Part shown: positions 1-10,964 of the stretch, piece by piece
Numbering within the stretch: position 1 is the first letter of the stretch
Layout: every line of letters starts with the position of its first letter
From: Anaeramoeba ignava BMAN
Lineage: Eukaryota; Protista; Anaeramoebae
Length of the DNA: 64,000 bases
Reading direction: 5' to 3'
Assembly: GCA_028826165.1 (NCBI GenBank)
Contig: JAPDFW010000126.1
Location: 1 to 64,000 of the forward strand
Translations under genes and position numbers: made by a program
The notes under the pieces: model-generated
Seen by the model: only the letters and a program-made list of their open reading frames with translations
Told to the model about the DNA's origin: nothing
Database searches by the model: none

Positions 1-1580
1 TGAAGTTTTGCATTTTCATTTTTTAATTGGTTGACCATTTTTTTTACGTTTTCCTTTTTGTTTTTAATTTGATTCATTTCGTTTTGCAATTTTTTCATTT
101 TCTGCTCTTGTTCTTGTTTCCATTGATTAAACTTCTCATTGAAAAGATTAGAAAAGCTATGGATATTAAGAGAATTTTGATTGAATTGAGAATCTTGATC
201 CAAATCAAATTTATTATTCTTATTCATCTCATTAATAATCTCAATAACATCATTAACAGTTCTTTTTTCTTTTAAAATCTGAATTGGATCGATAATTTCA
301 TCTGAACTGAAAACATTTTCTTTTGTGATAAAATTTTTAATCCATCTATCGAAAAAGAAAAGAATTAAATTGTTGCTTTTTGAACTAGGAGCTAATTGAA
401 TCAATTCTGCCATTTCAATAATTTGGTTATGATTTATGGAATCCACATCACTTTCAGTAACAAATCTTTGAGCATTGTCTTGAATAAATTGTTTGGAATA
501 TTTAAAAAGGAAAAGTGATTTGATTTTTCGACTTTTGAAATAAACATTAGCAACATTTGTTGTGTTAATTCTTGCTCTTACATATTTTTCTATTTTAATC
601 TTGAGGCTTTCCATTTCAAGAAAATTTGCAAGTAAATAAAATTGATCAAATTGTTCTAGTTGAAATTCAATTTTTCCTTTGTAGATAAATTCAATCACTA
701 ATTCAACAATTTCAGGTTCAAATTTTGGAAGGAATAATTCTCTCTCATTATTTTCTTGATATAAAGTATAAATAAATGGAGATCTTGCCATAAGAGGGAA
801 TAAATGACAAGGAATTTCTTTTTGAGATTTTCCTGCATAGATAGAATAATCATATGTTGGCATTTCATACATTCTTTGAAATGCTGATAAAGTTTCAAGA
901 ATTAATAATTGATCAAAATCTTTATCTTTCATTTGATAGCAATTTTCTGATTGAATTATTTTAGTATTTTCATCTAAAGGAAAATATTTCACCACGAATT
1001 CCTTTTCATTTTCGTTTTGAATCTGAATTTGATTTTGTAAATTTGAATTAGTTTTTGTTTGATTTTGATTGTTTGAATTAGTTTTTGTTTGATTTTGATT
1101 GTTTGATTTAGTTTTTGTTTGATTTTGATTGTTTGAATTAGTTTTTGTTTGATTTTGTTTGTTTGAATTAGTTTTTGTTTGATTTTGTAAATTTGAATTA
1201 GTTTTTGTTTGATTTTGTAAATTTGATTTAGTTCTTGTTTGATTTTGATTGTTTGAATTAGTTTTTGTTTGATTTTGATTGTTTGAATTAGTTTTTGTTT
1301 GATTTTGATTGTTTGATTTAGTTTTTGTTTGATTTTGATTGTTTGAATTAGTTTTTGTTTGATTTTGTAAATTTGAATTAGTTCTTGTTTGATTTTGTAA
1401 ATTTGAATTAGTTTTTGTTTGATTTTGTTTGTTTGAATTAGTTTTTGTTTGATTTTGATTGTTTGAATTAGTTTTTGTTTGATTTTGATTGTTTGAATGT
1501 AAATTTCGTTTTGAATTGTTTTTTGGTTTCAAGGTTTGTGAATGATGCGCAGATGATTGTTTTCTGTAATTTTGTTGCAT
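1..1580 (-). CDS. BTB/POZ-BACK-like protein with N-terminal 10-aa tandem repeat; runs off the window start (3' partial)
   Basis: ATG at 1580. Manual translation gives MQQNYRKQ..(NSNNQNQTKT)n..YDYSIYAGKSQKEIPCHLFPLMARSPF..LPKFEPEIVELVIEFIYKGKIEF..FYLLANFLEMESLKIKIEKYV..INTTNV, a BTB signature followed by the start of BACK. I found no stop before position 1, which explains its absence from the ORF track. Confidence 0.8.
   Translation of the reverse strand, partial: MQQNYRKQSSAHHSQTLKPKNNSKRNLHSNNQNQTKTNSNNQNQTKTNSNKQNQTKTNSNLQNQTRTNSNLQNQTKTNSNNQNQTKTKSNNQNQTKTNSNNQNQTKTNSNNQNQTRTKSNLQNQTKTNSNLQNQTKTNSNKQNQTKTNSNNQNQTKTKSNNQNQTKTNSNNQNQTKTNSNLQNQIQIQNENEKEFVVKYFPLDENTKIIQSENCYQMKDKDFDQLLILETLSAFQRMYEMPTYDYSIYAGKSQKEIPCHLFPLMARSPFIYTLYQENNERELFLPKFEPEIVELVIEFIYKGKIEFQLEQFDQFYLLANFLEMESLKIKIEKYVRARINTTNVANVYFKSRKIKSLFLFKYSKQFIQDNAQRFVTESDVDSINHNQIIEMAELIQLAPSSKSNNLILFFFDRWIKNFITKENVFSSDEIIDPIQILKEKRTVNDVIEIINEMNKNNKFDLDQDSQFNQNSLNIHSFSNLFNEKFNQWKQEQEQKMKKLQNEMNQIKNKKENVKKMVNQLKNENAKL
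1035..1500 (-). repeat. Coding 30-bp minisatellite, about 15 copies
   Basis: Unit gtttttgtttgattttgattgtttgaatta repeats in exact 30-bp phase. Confidence 0.95.
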
Positions 1581-1684
1581 TTTTATTCCAAAAAAAAAAT
1601 GAAAAAGAAAAAAAAGAATAAATAAACTCGGAAAAAAAAAAATTTAAAATTTTAAATCACTAATTCAAACTTGAAAAATTTAAT

Positions 1685-2443
1685 AAATCAAATGATTCAT
1701 TTAAATTCAAAGTTCATAAACAAATTCTTTTATTAAGATTTGATTACAATCAATCAATTCTAAAAAAATTTATTAATAATTGTAAAAGAAAATCAAAAGA
1801 AATTGTTGAAATTGCAATTAATTTCATTTATACTGGATTTCCTAATTTTGATAATTTAATTCAAAAACTCAATAATTTAATTAATTATAAGTTTCGAACA
1901 GTTTCTGTTCATAATGAAGTTGTAAACAAACTTCATTTAAATGAAATATTTTATAAATTTGAACAAATTGATAATTTAAGAGAAAGTGAAAAAGAAGAAG
2001 AAAAAAGAAAAGAAAAAGAAGAAATGGAAATTAATGAAGAATTTTTTAAAGAAATTGGATTTGATTCAAATTGGATTAAATCCAAATCCAAAAGAAAAGG
2101 AATAATAAAAGATTTATCAAAATTATATGAAGAAAATGATTCAAAAAAAGATTTTACAATAATTTGTGAAGAAGAAAAAGAAATTAAAGTTCATAAATTA
2201 ATATTATTTTTAAGAAGTGAATTATTCAAAGGAATGTTTCAATTAAATATTCAAGATAAATCAAATCAAGTTCATGATTATTCAGAAAAATCATTTGAAA
2301 CTTTAAATCAATTTATTTATTTCCTTTATCATGATAAAATTGAAGAAAACAAAATAAATTTGAAAATTATTGAAGAATTTGAAGATATTAAAGATTATTT
2401 CCAATTAAATCTAAATTCAATTATTGATTTAATTTTGAATTAA
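1685..2443 (+). pseudogene. 5'-truncated paralog of the C-terminal BTB half of the ankyrin-BTB gene at 2494-4668
   Basis: Frame is open from 1664 (KSNDSFKFKVHKQILLLRF..FIYTGFPN..) but the first ATG is at 2024. Bases 2026-2440 are nearly identical to 4221-4633. No ankyrin repeats upstream. Confidence 0.75.
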
Positions 2444-2493
2444 ATGATTTAAAAATGAAATTTTGTTTTTTTTTGGAAATTCATTTTTTTTAA

Positions 2494-4668
2494 ATGAAAA
2501 AAAGAGAACAATTACCTTTAAATTTAGTTTCTCAAATCCAAAACCAAGAATCATTTAAAGATATTAAATTATTAATTGAAAAAACAGAAGATGTTAATTA
2601 CAAAACCAAATCAAATCAAACCTCTTTACATTTAGTTTGTCAATACCAAAAAGAAAATACACTTGAAATTATCCAATATTTAGTTGAGAAAGGTGCAGAT
2701 GTTAATCTCAAAAATAAAAATAACCAAACACCTTTGCATCTAGTTTGCCAATTTCAAAAGAAAAAAAATACATTTGAAACTGTCAAATTTTTAGTTAAAA
2801 AAGGTGCAGATATCAATGCCAAAACCAATCATGATCAAACCTCTTTACATTTAATTTGTCAATTTCAAAAAGTTAAATCTTTTGAAATTATCCAATATTT
2901 AGTTGAAAAAGGCGCAGATATCAATGCCAAGAATGAAAAAAAAGAAACAGCTTTACATTTAGTTTGCAAATATCAAAAACAAAATCCAATTGAAGTTGCC
3001 AAATTATTAGTTGAAAAGGGAGCAAAAATTAATCCAAAAACTTTTGAAAATCAAACACCTTTACATTTTACTTGTCAATTTCAAAAAGAAAAATCTATCA
3101 AAGTTCTTCAAATTCTACTTGGAAAGGGAGCAAATGTCAATGCCAAAACAAATGAAAATCAAACACCTTTACATTTTGCTTCAAAACATCAACATCAAAA
3201 ATCTTTAAAAGTTGTCAAAATATTAATTGAGAAAGGAGCAGATGTAAATGCCAAAAATAAATATCAACAAACACCTTTACATTATGCCTGTCAATATCAA
3301 CAACAAAATTCATTTGAAATTATCAAATCTTTAGTTGAGAAAGGTGCAGATGTTAATCTCAAAAATAAAAATAACCAAACACCTTTACATTATGCTTGTC
3401 AATTTCAAAAAAATCACAATGAATTGAAAATTATCAAATTTTTAATTGAAAAAGGTGCAGATATCAATGCCACAAATAAAGAAAATGAAACACCTTTACA
3501 TTATGCTTGTCAATTTCAAAATAAAAAAGAAACTTCTTTTGAACTTATCAAGTATTTAGTTGAAAAAGGTACTGATGTAAATGCCACAAATAAATATAAT
3601 CAAACACCTTTAGAGCTTGTATGCCAATTTCAAAAGCAAAAAGTTTTTGAAATTGCGAAATTTTTGATTGAAAAAGGTGCAGATGTTAATTTTAAGAATA
3701 AAGAAAATCAAACTCCTTTATACATTGCAATTCAAAGAAATGATTCAAAATTAATCAAGTTATTAATGATAAATGATGCTAATATTTTTGAATTGAATGA
3801 ATCAGAAATTACACAAGAAATTATTAATTTATTTCCCAAAATTTATTCAATTAATCATGATTTAAACAATTTACTAAAATCAAATGATAATTTATCAGAT
3901 TTCGAAATTGAATCAAATGATTCATTTAAATTCAAAGTTCATAAGCAAATTCTTTTATTAAGATTTGATTATGATAAATCAATTTTAGAAAAATTTACCA
4001 ATAATTGCTTACAAAAACCAAAGAAAATTGTTGAAATTGCAATTAATTTCATTTATACTGGATTTCCTAATTTAGAAAATTATTATAAACAAATTAAACA
4101 AATTAAACAAATGAGAAATGAATATTATGAATCTAAAAAAATTTCTTCAAATAAACATGAAGAATTAAAAGAAGTATTTAAATTAATCGGCGAACAAATA
4201 ACAGAAAGAAAAAAACAAAATGAAATTAATGAAGAATTTTTTAAAGAAATTGGATTTGATTCAAATTGGATTAAATCCAAATCCAAAAGAAAAGGAATAA
4301 TAAAAGATTTATCAAAATTATATGAAGAAAATGATTCAAAAAAAGATTTTACAATAATTTGTGAAGAAGAAAAAGAAATTAAAGTTCATAAATTAATATT
4401 ATTTTTAAGAAGTGAATTATTCAAAGGAATGTTTCAATTAAATATTCAAGATAAATCAAATCAAGTTCATGATTATTCAGGAAAATCATTTGAAACTTTA
4501 AATCAATTTATTTATTTCCTTTATCATGATGAAATTGAAAAAAACAAAATAAATTTGAAAATAATTGAAGAATTTGAAGATATTAAAGATTATTTCCAAT
4601 TAAATCTAAATTCAATTATTGATTTAATTTTGAATGATTTAATTTCATCAACATTTAAAAAGAAATGA
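2494..4668 (+). CDS. Ankyrin-repeat (about 11-12) plus two BTB/POZ-like domains; putative Cullin3 adaptor
   Basis: Intronless 724 aa. Repeats of TPLHxxCQFQ..LVEKGADVN. BTB motifs SDFEIE..FKVHKQIL..FIYTG and KDFTI..IKVHKLIL..RSELFKGMF..FIYFLY. Confidence 0.9.
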   Translation: MKKREQLPLNLVSQIQNQESFKDIKLLIEKTEDVNYKTKSNQTSLHLVCQYQKENTLEIIQYLVEKGADVNLKNKNNQTPLHLVCQFQKKKNTFETVKFLVKKGADINAKTNHDQTSLHLICQFQKVKSFEIIQYLVEKGADINAKNEKKETALHLVCKYQKQNPIEVAKLLVEKGAKINPKTFENQTPLHFTCQFQKEKSIKVLQILLGKGANVNAKTNENQTPLHFASKHQHQKSLKVVKILIEKGADVNAKNKYQQTPLHYACQYQQQNSFEIIKSLVEKGADVNLKNKNNQTPLHYACQFQKNHNELKIIKFLIEKGADINATNKENETPLHYACQFQNKKETSFELIKYLVEKGTDVNATNKYNQTPLELVCQFQKQKVFEIAKFLIEKGADVNFKNKENQTPLYIAIQRNDSKLIKLLMINDANIFELNESEITQEIINLFPKIYSINHDLNNLLKSNDNLSDFEIESNDSFKFKVHKQILLLRFDYDKSILEKFTNNCLQKPKKIVEIAINFIYTGFPNLENYYKQIKQIKQMRNEYYESKKISSNKHEELKEVFKLIGEQITERKKQNEINEEFFKEIGFDSNWIKSKSKRKGIIKDLSKLYEENDSKKDFTIICEEEKEIKVHKLILFLRSELFKGMFQLNIQDKSNQVHDYSGKSFETLNQFIYFLYHDEIEKNKINLKIIEEFEDIKDYFQLNLNSIIDLILNDLISSTFKKK

Positions 4669-4677
4669 ATAAAAAAT

Positions 4678-5390
4678 AATAATATTTTTATTAATAAATA
4701 AATTAATAATAAATAATTATATTTCAATAAATAAATTTAAAATATAATATTAAAAACATTTTATTTATTATTTACTATTAATTATTATTTTAAAATTTAA
4801 TAAAAAATTGATTAAAAATATATTAATATTTTTATTAATAAATAAATTAATAATAAATAAGAATATTTCAATAAATAATTTTAAAATATAATATTAAAAA
4901 CATTTTATTTATTATTTACTATTAATTATTATTTTAAAATTTAATAAAAAATTGATTAAAAAAAATAATATTTTTATTAATAAATAAATTAATAGTAAAT
5001 AAGAATATTTCAATAAATAAATTTAAAATATAATATTAAAAACATTTTATTTATTATTTATTATTAATTATTATTTTAAAATTTAATAAAAATTGATTAA
5101 AAATATATTAATATTTTTATTAATAAATAAATTAATAATAAATAAGAATATTTCAATAAATAAATTTAAAATATAATATTAAAAACATTTTATTTATTAT
5201 TTATTATTAATTATTATTTTAAAATTTAATAAAAAATTGATTAAAAAAAATAATAATATTTTTATCAATAAATAAATTAATAATAAATAAGAATATTTCA
5301 ATAAATAAATTTAAAATATAATATTAAAAACATTTTATTTATTATTTATTATTAATTATTATTTTAAAATTTAATAAAAAATTGATTAAA
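4678..5390. repeat. AT-rich tandem satellite, ~143-bp unit x5
   Basis: aatatttttattaataaataaattaat recurs near 4681, 4825, 4967, 5110 and 5255. Confidence 0.9.
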
Positions 5391-5471
5391 AAAAAGAGAG
5401 AAAATTGAAATTTTTTTTCATTTTTTTTTTCATTTTTTTTCTTACAAAAATTTTTTTTACATAAATAAAAA

Positions 5472-8400
5472 ATGATTCCAACTTTACAAGGACTTCTTGA
5501 TATGGGATTTGAATCAGAAACAGCAAAAATAGCACTTGATAAATATAGGGATTGGGATTCAATAATTTCTTTTTTAACAAGTAAAAAAAGAAAAAACAAA
5601 AAAAAAACCAAAAAAAAAGCAAGAAAAATTTAATAAAGAAAATATCAAAAAAAATTTAAATTAAAAGCTGGTTCTCCAGTTGATAATCGTTCTTTAGAGA
5701 AAATTGAAATTTTTAATTTTTCATTATTCATAAAATTTGAAGAAAGAGGAATAACTCCTGATCATCATCGATGTAAAATTTCCAATTAAAATTCTAATTA
5801 AATTTCCAATTAAATTTCCAAATAAATTTTCATTTAAATTTTCCAATTAAAATTTAAATAAATTTCCAATTAAATTTCAATTTAAATTTTAAATAAATTT
5901 TCTTAATTAAATTTCCAATTAAATTTTAAATAAATTCTAATTAAATTTCCAATTAAATTTCAATTTAAATTTCCAAATTAAATTTTAAATAAATTTCCAA
6001 ATTAAATTTAAATAAATTTCCAATTTAAATTTTAAATAAATTTTCTTAATTAAATTTCCAATTAAATTTTCCAATTAAATTCTAATTAAATTTTAAATAA
6101 ATTTTCAATTTAAATTTCCAATTAAATTCTATTTTAATTTCAAATTTAAATTTTAAATAAATTTTCTTAATTTAAAGCAAATGGTGCTCCTTCTGCAAAA
6201 AGACCAAAAACTAATTCTCAAATTGATGCAGATAATAATAAACAAAGAAGAACAAATGATTCTCGTGATGAAAGAAATCGCAGTAAATTTAAATTAATTC
6301 AAAAATTGAAATCAGAAATAAATGGTTGACAATTTAAAATGATTTAAAAATTGGAAATTCGGAAAAAATTCATTTTAATTTTAATTTTAATTTTAATTTA
6401 AATATTAATTTAATTTTAATATTAATTTTATATTGGATTTTATATTGAATTTTATATTGAATTTTATATTGAATTTTAAATTTTAATTTTAATATTAATT
6501 TTAATTTTAATTTTAATTTTAAATTTTAATTTTAATTTTAATTTTAATTTTAATTTTAATTTTAATTTTAATTTTAATTTTAAATTTTAATTTAAATTTG
6601 AATTTTAAATTTTAAATTTTAATATTGAATTTTAAATTTTAATTTAAATTTAAATATTAATTTTATATTTAATTTTAATTTTAAATAATTAGGAAATCCA
6701 CATAAAAGAAGTGTATCTTTTGAAAGTAGACATGATCATCCAAATGAAATGGATATTTCATTAGTAATTTAAAACAAAAAAAAAAAGAAAACAAAAATAA
6801 TTAAGAAAACAAAAATAATTTAAAACAAAAATAAAAAAAATAGAATGATACAAATCTAAATCGAGCAATAGAAGAGAGTTACAGAGATATGAAGAAAACA
6901 GATTATCATTACGAACCAGTTTTTTCTAAATCAGATCTTCGAGAAGAGAATACTCCAGTCGGATTGAAAAATATTGGGAATACTTGTTATTTAAATTCTT
7001 TATTACAAGCATATTTTCATATTCCTTCTTTTAGAAATGGAATTTTATCTTTTAATCCAACTCAAAAGGATTGGGTTGAAATGAGATCAAAATTAGATAT
7101 TGATGCTTCTTATGCTAATTTTTTTACACCTCTTAATTGTGAATATAAATAAAATTAAAATTAAATTTAAAATTAAAATTAAAATTAAAATTAAAATTAA
7201 AATTAAAATTAAAATTCATTTGAAAATTAAAATTAAAATTAAAATTAAAATTAAAATTAAAATTAAAATTAAAATTAAAATTAAAATCAAAATTAAAATT
7301 AAAATTCATTTGAAAATTAAAATTAAAATTAAAATTAAAATTAAAATTAAAATTAAAATTAAAATTAAAATTAAAATCAAAATAAAATTAAAATTCATTT
7401 GAAAATTAAAATTAAAATTAAAATTTAAATTAAAATTAAAATTAAAATTCATTTGAAAATTAAAATTAAAATTCATTTGAAAATTAAAATTAAAATTAAA
7501 ATTTAATTAGTAATTCATGAATTACAAAGACTTTTTTCTCGAATGCTTTTAACAAATCATCGAGCTGTTGATCCTTCAGATGCAGTAAATAAAATATTAG
7601 CAGATGATGGAACATCATTTAGAATAGGAAATCAACAAGATGTAACAGAATTTAATCATTTATTTTGGAAAAGACTTGAAGAAGGATTTTTTAGAATAGA
7701 AGATTATAAGATTAAAAAAGAAGAAGATAAAAAAAAGTTAAAAAGAATAGAAGAAATTAGAGAAGAAAGAAGAAAGAAAAAAGAAAAAGAAGAAAAAGAA
7801 AAAGAAGAAAAGCAAAATCAATTAGAAAATCAATTAGAAAATCAATCAGAAAATCAATTAGAAAATCAATCAGAAAATAAATTAGAAAATCAAATGGAAA
7901 ATCAAATGGAAAATAAATCAGAAAATCAATTAGAAAATCAAATGGAAAATCAATTAGAAAATAAATTAGAAAATCAAAATCAAAATCAAATGGAAAATCA
8001 ATTAGAAAATCAAATGGAAAATCAATTAGAAAATCAAATGGAAAATAAATTAGAAAATAAATTAGAAAATCAATCAGAAAATCAAATGGAAGATCAAATG
8101 GAAATTGAAAAAGATAAAAACTCAAAAAAACCTACTAATGCTTTTGAATCTTACCTCAAAAATTTCCAAAAAAATTTCCCAAAAATTATGGAAGAGAAAA
8201 AAAAACAAGAAGAATTAAAAAAAGAGCAAGAAAGACTTGCTCAACTTGAAGAAATAGAAATCCAAAAACAATATGAACAAGAAATAGCCGAACAAAAAAA
8301 ACAGGAGAAAACGGAACCAAAAAAGCAAAAGGATCGAGACAGTTTGCTATCTGATGTGTTCCATGGAAAGTTAAATCAGACAATTAATGGGAATGAAAAG

Positions 8401-10845
8401 GATGGAACAGAAATCAATCTCAAAATGCAAATGGATTTTGCACAAATTATTGTTGATGTTAATCATGAAAATTTATATTCAGGATTAGATGAATACACAA
8501 ATAAAACTACCATTGATTATAAAACACCTTTGGGTGAAGATATCAAGGCAATAAAACAAACAACAATTCAAAAATTCCCGCCCGTTTTAATTTTGCAACT
8601 TCAAAGAGCTGTTTTTGATTCTGAAAATAAGAAAGCAATTAAAAACAATGCAAAGTTCACTTTTGAGAATACAATTTATATCGATAGATATTTATCAAGA
8701 AATATCGATATTGCTGAAAAGAAAAGGAAAGAGGCTCAATTTATGAGGGAAAACATCAAAAAATTAAAACAAGAAAAAAAATCAATTGAAGAATATGAAG
8801 AAACCAAAATTCCTATTTTTATTCATCTTGAAAACGTGAAAAATTATTTTGAACAAATTTTAGCGGAAATTGAGAAGAAGCAAAACAAGGAAACAAAAGA
8901 ATCCCAATTAGAAATGGATATTAATGATGATATTCCATTGGATGGACAGAAAATCAATTACAGAAAAACAATTGATTTATTAAGTGATGAAATTGATTTG
9001 AATAAAAAACGTGTTGTTGATATTGAAAATGAGGTCGAAAAGAACGAGAACCAGATACGAGAGATATACAGCGAGATAGACAAAACACCCTATCATTTGT
9101 TTGCGATTCTAGTTCATCGCGGAGTTGCTGGAAGCGGGCATTATTGGGCTTTTATTTATAATTATATCAGCAAAAATTGGTGGAAATACAACGACCAAGT
9201 TGTCACGCAAGTAGATGAGAAAGTTGTTATGAATGACTCCTTTGGAGACGGCACTAATGCCGCAAATGCTTATTGTTTGATTTATATAAATTCTGATTTG
9301 GTTCAAGAACTTGAAAATGAAGAAGAAATTGAGAAGAAAAAAGAAGAAAATGAGGTTGTTGAAGAAAATAGTAATGATTCGAACAAGGAAATTGAAATTG
9401 AGAATAATACAAATACTGCGATCAAAATTGCAAATAATGCAGAAAATAAATTCAAGAATATTTTTATTCCTCAAGAACTAATTTATGAAATTCAAAGTGA
9501 AAATGAGGAACTTTTCAAAAAAGTGGTTGAATATGAAGAAAATCAAAAAAAGAAACGAGAAGAAGAAGAAGAAAAACAGAAACAAATGGAGCAAGAACGG
9601 CAATATAACCATTTAACACATGAGCAGCGAATGAAGATTCACGATGCAAGTAAGGAGCCAAAAGATGATGAGAAAATAAGACTTGTTGTTGAAAAGCATT
9701 CGGAAAAACTGTCAGAAGTGACACAAAAATTTGACGAGCTTGATAACAATAAGGACAAAGAATCATACCTATTAGCAACAAGTTTTGAGTTGTTTTGCAT
9801 GACTAAAAAGGGAATTGATTCTGCGATCTTCTCCATAGCTAGGGATGTTTTTCAGGAAATTTTTGGGAAAGATTACGATCTTGAAGTTGAGCATGAATCG
9901 AAGAATATAAATGCAAAAGAAATATTTGATAAGCTCAGTTTAGCAGCAGATAACGGTTCCGGTATGAGATCCTATTACAGACAATGGAAAACATATCTTA
10001 CAAATGTTTCCTTTTATTTGGAGGGTTTGAGTCAAATGCTTCTTTCAAATTTTGAAAAAGCTTTTAGTTTTCTTGCTGAATGTTTTTCTAGTTTATTACT
10101 TCTTGATTCAGGTGATCAAAATACACCAATTTTTCTACAGATTTGTTCTTTTATTATTTTTGAAAATGCGAGAAAAAGAATTGAGGAATATAAGTTTAAA
10201 AAGAACGAAGAAAATTTAATGAAGATTGAAAATATAAATGAAAATCAAAATATAAATGAAAATATAAATGAAAATACAAACGAAAATTCAAATGAAAATC
10301 AAAATCAAAATCAAAATCAAAATCAAAATCAAAATCAAAATCAAAATCAAAATCAAAATCAAAATCAAAATCAAAATCAAAATCAAAATCAAAATCAAAA
10401 TCAAAATCAAATTGAAAATGATTTAAATTCAGCTTGGAATATCACAAATTATTCTTTTGATATTTTTGATCAAAAAAGATTTGATTCTATAGATAATATT
10501 GAAGATGAAAATTTGGATGAATTAGTTTTAATTAAAATTCGAGATGATTTTTTGAATTTTGTTCAAAAAAAAGGTGAAGAATTTGGATTGATGAATTATG
10601 ATTATTCGAAATTGGATTTTATAGGCAAAATGATTCGAAATTTTATTGAAATTTTTCAAACAGGAGTTTCAAAAAAGGATTTTATTCAATTAAAATGTGA
10701 ACTTTCTGAAGAAAAAGTTCCTGAATTAATTTCTCAATATGAAAAAATTACAAATAATTCAAAAAGTCAATTTATTCAGATTTCTCAAAGGATGGAAGAT
10801 TTAAAATTTAGAATTAAGCAAGATTTTATTACTCAACATATTTGA
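5472..10845 (+). CDS. Ubiquitin-specific protease (peptidase C19) with UBA and UIM-like motifs, USP25/28-like; multi-exon
   Basis: Approximate exons 5472-5580, 5668-5771 (may hide a short in-frame intron), 6178-6282, 6693-6763, 6844-7138, 7511-10845. UBA LQGLLDMGFESETAKIAL; UIM-like LNRAIEES; Cys box GLKNIGNTCYLNSLLQ; QQDVTEF; His box LVHRGVAGSGHYW..WWKYND. Confidence 0.9.
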
Positions 10846-10964
10846 AGAAATTAAATAAATTTTTTTCTAAATAAAAAAAGACAAGAAAATTCAATTTATT
10901 TAAAAAAAGCAAATTAAATAAAAAATTTCACAAAATATCAAATTAAATTTAGATTAAATTTAGA

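Noticed and set aside
7700-8340. Intein in the USP catalytic-domain insertion (Anaeramoeba is known to be intein-rich)
   Set aside because: The insert is a low-complexity (ENQL/M)n coiled coil with no N-terminal Cys/Ser block, no His-Asn end and no homing endonuclease motifs.
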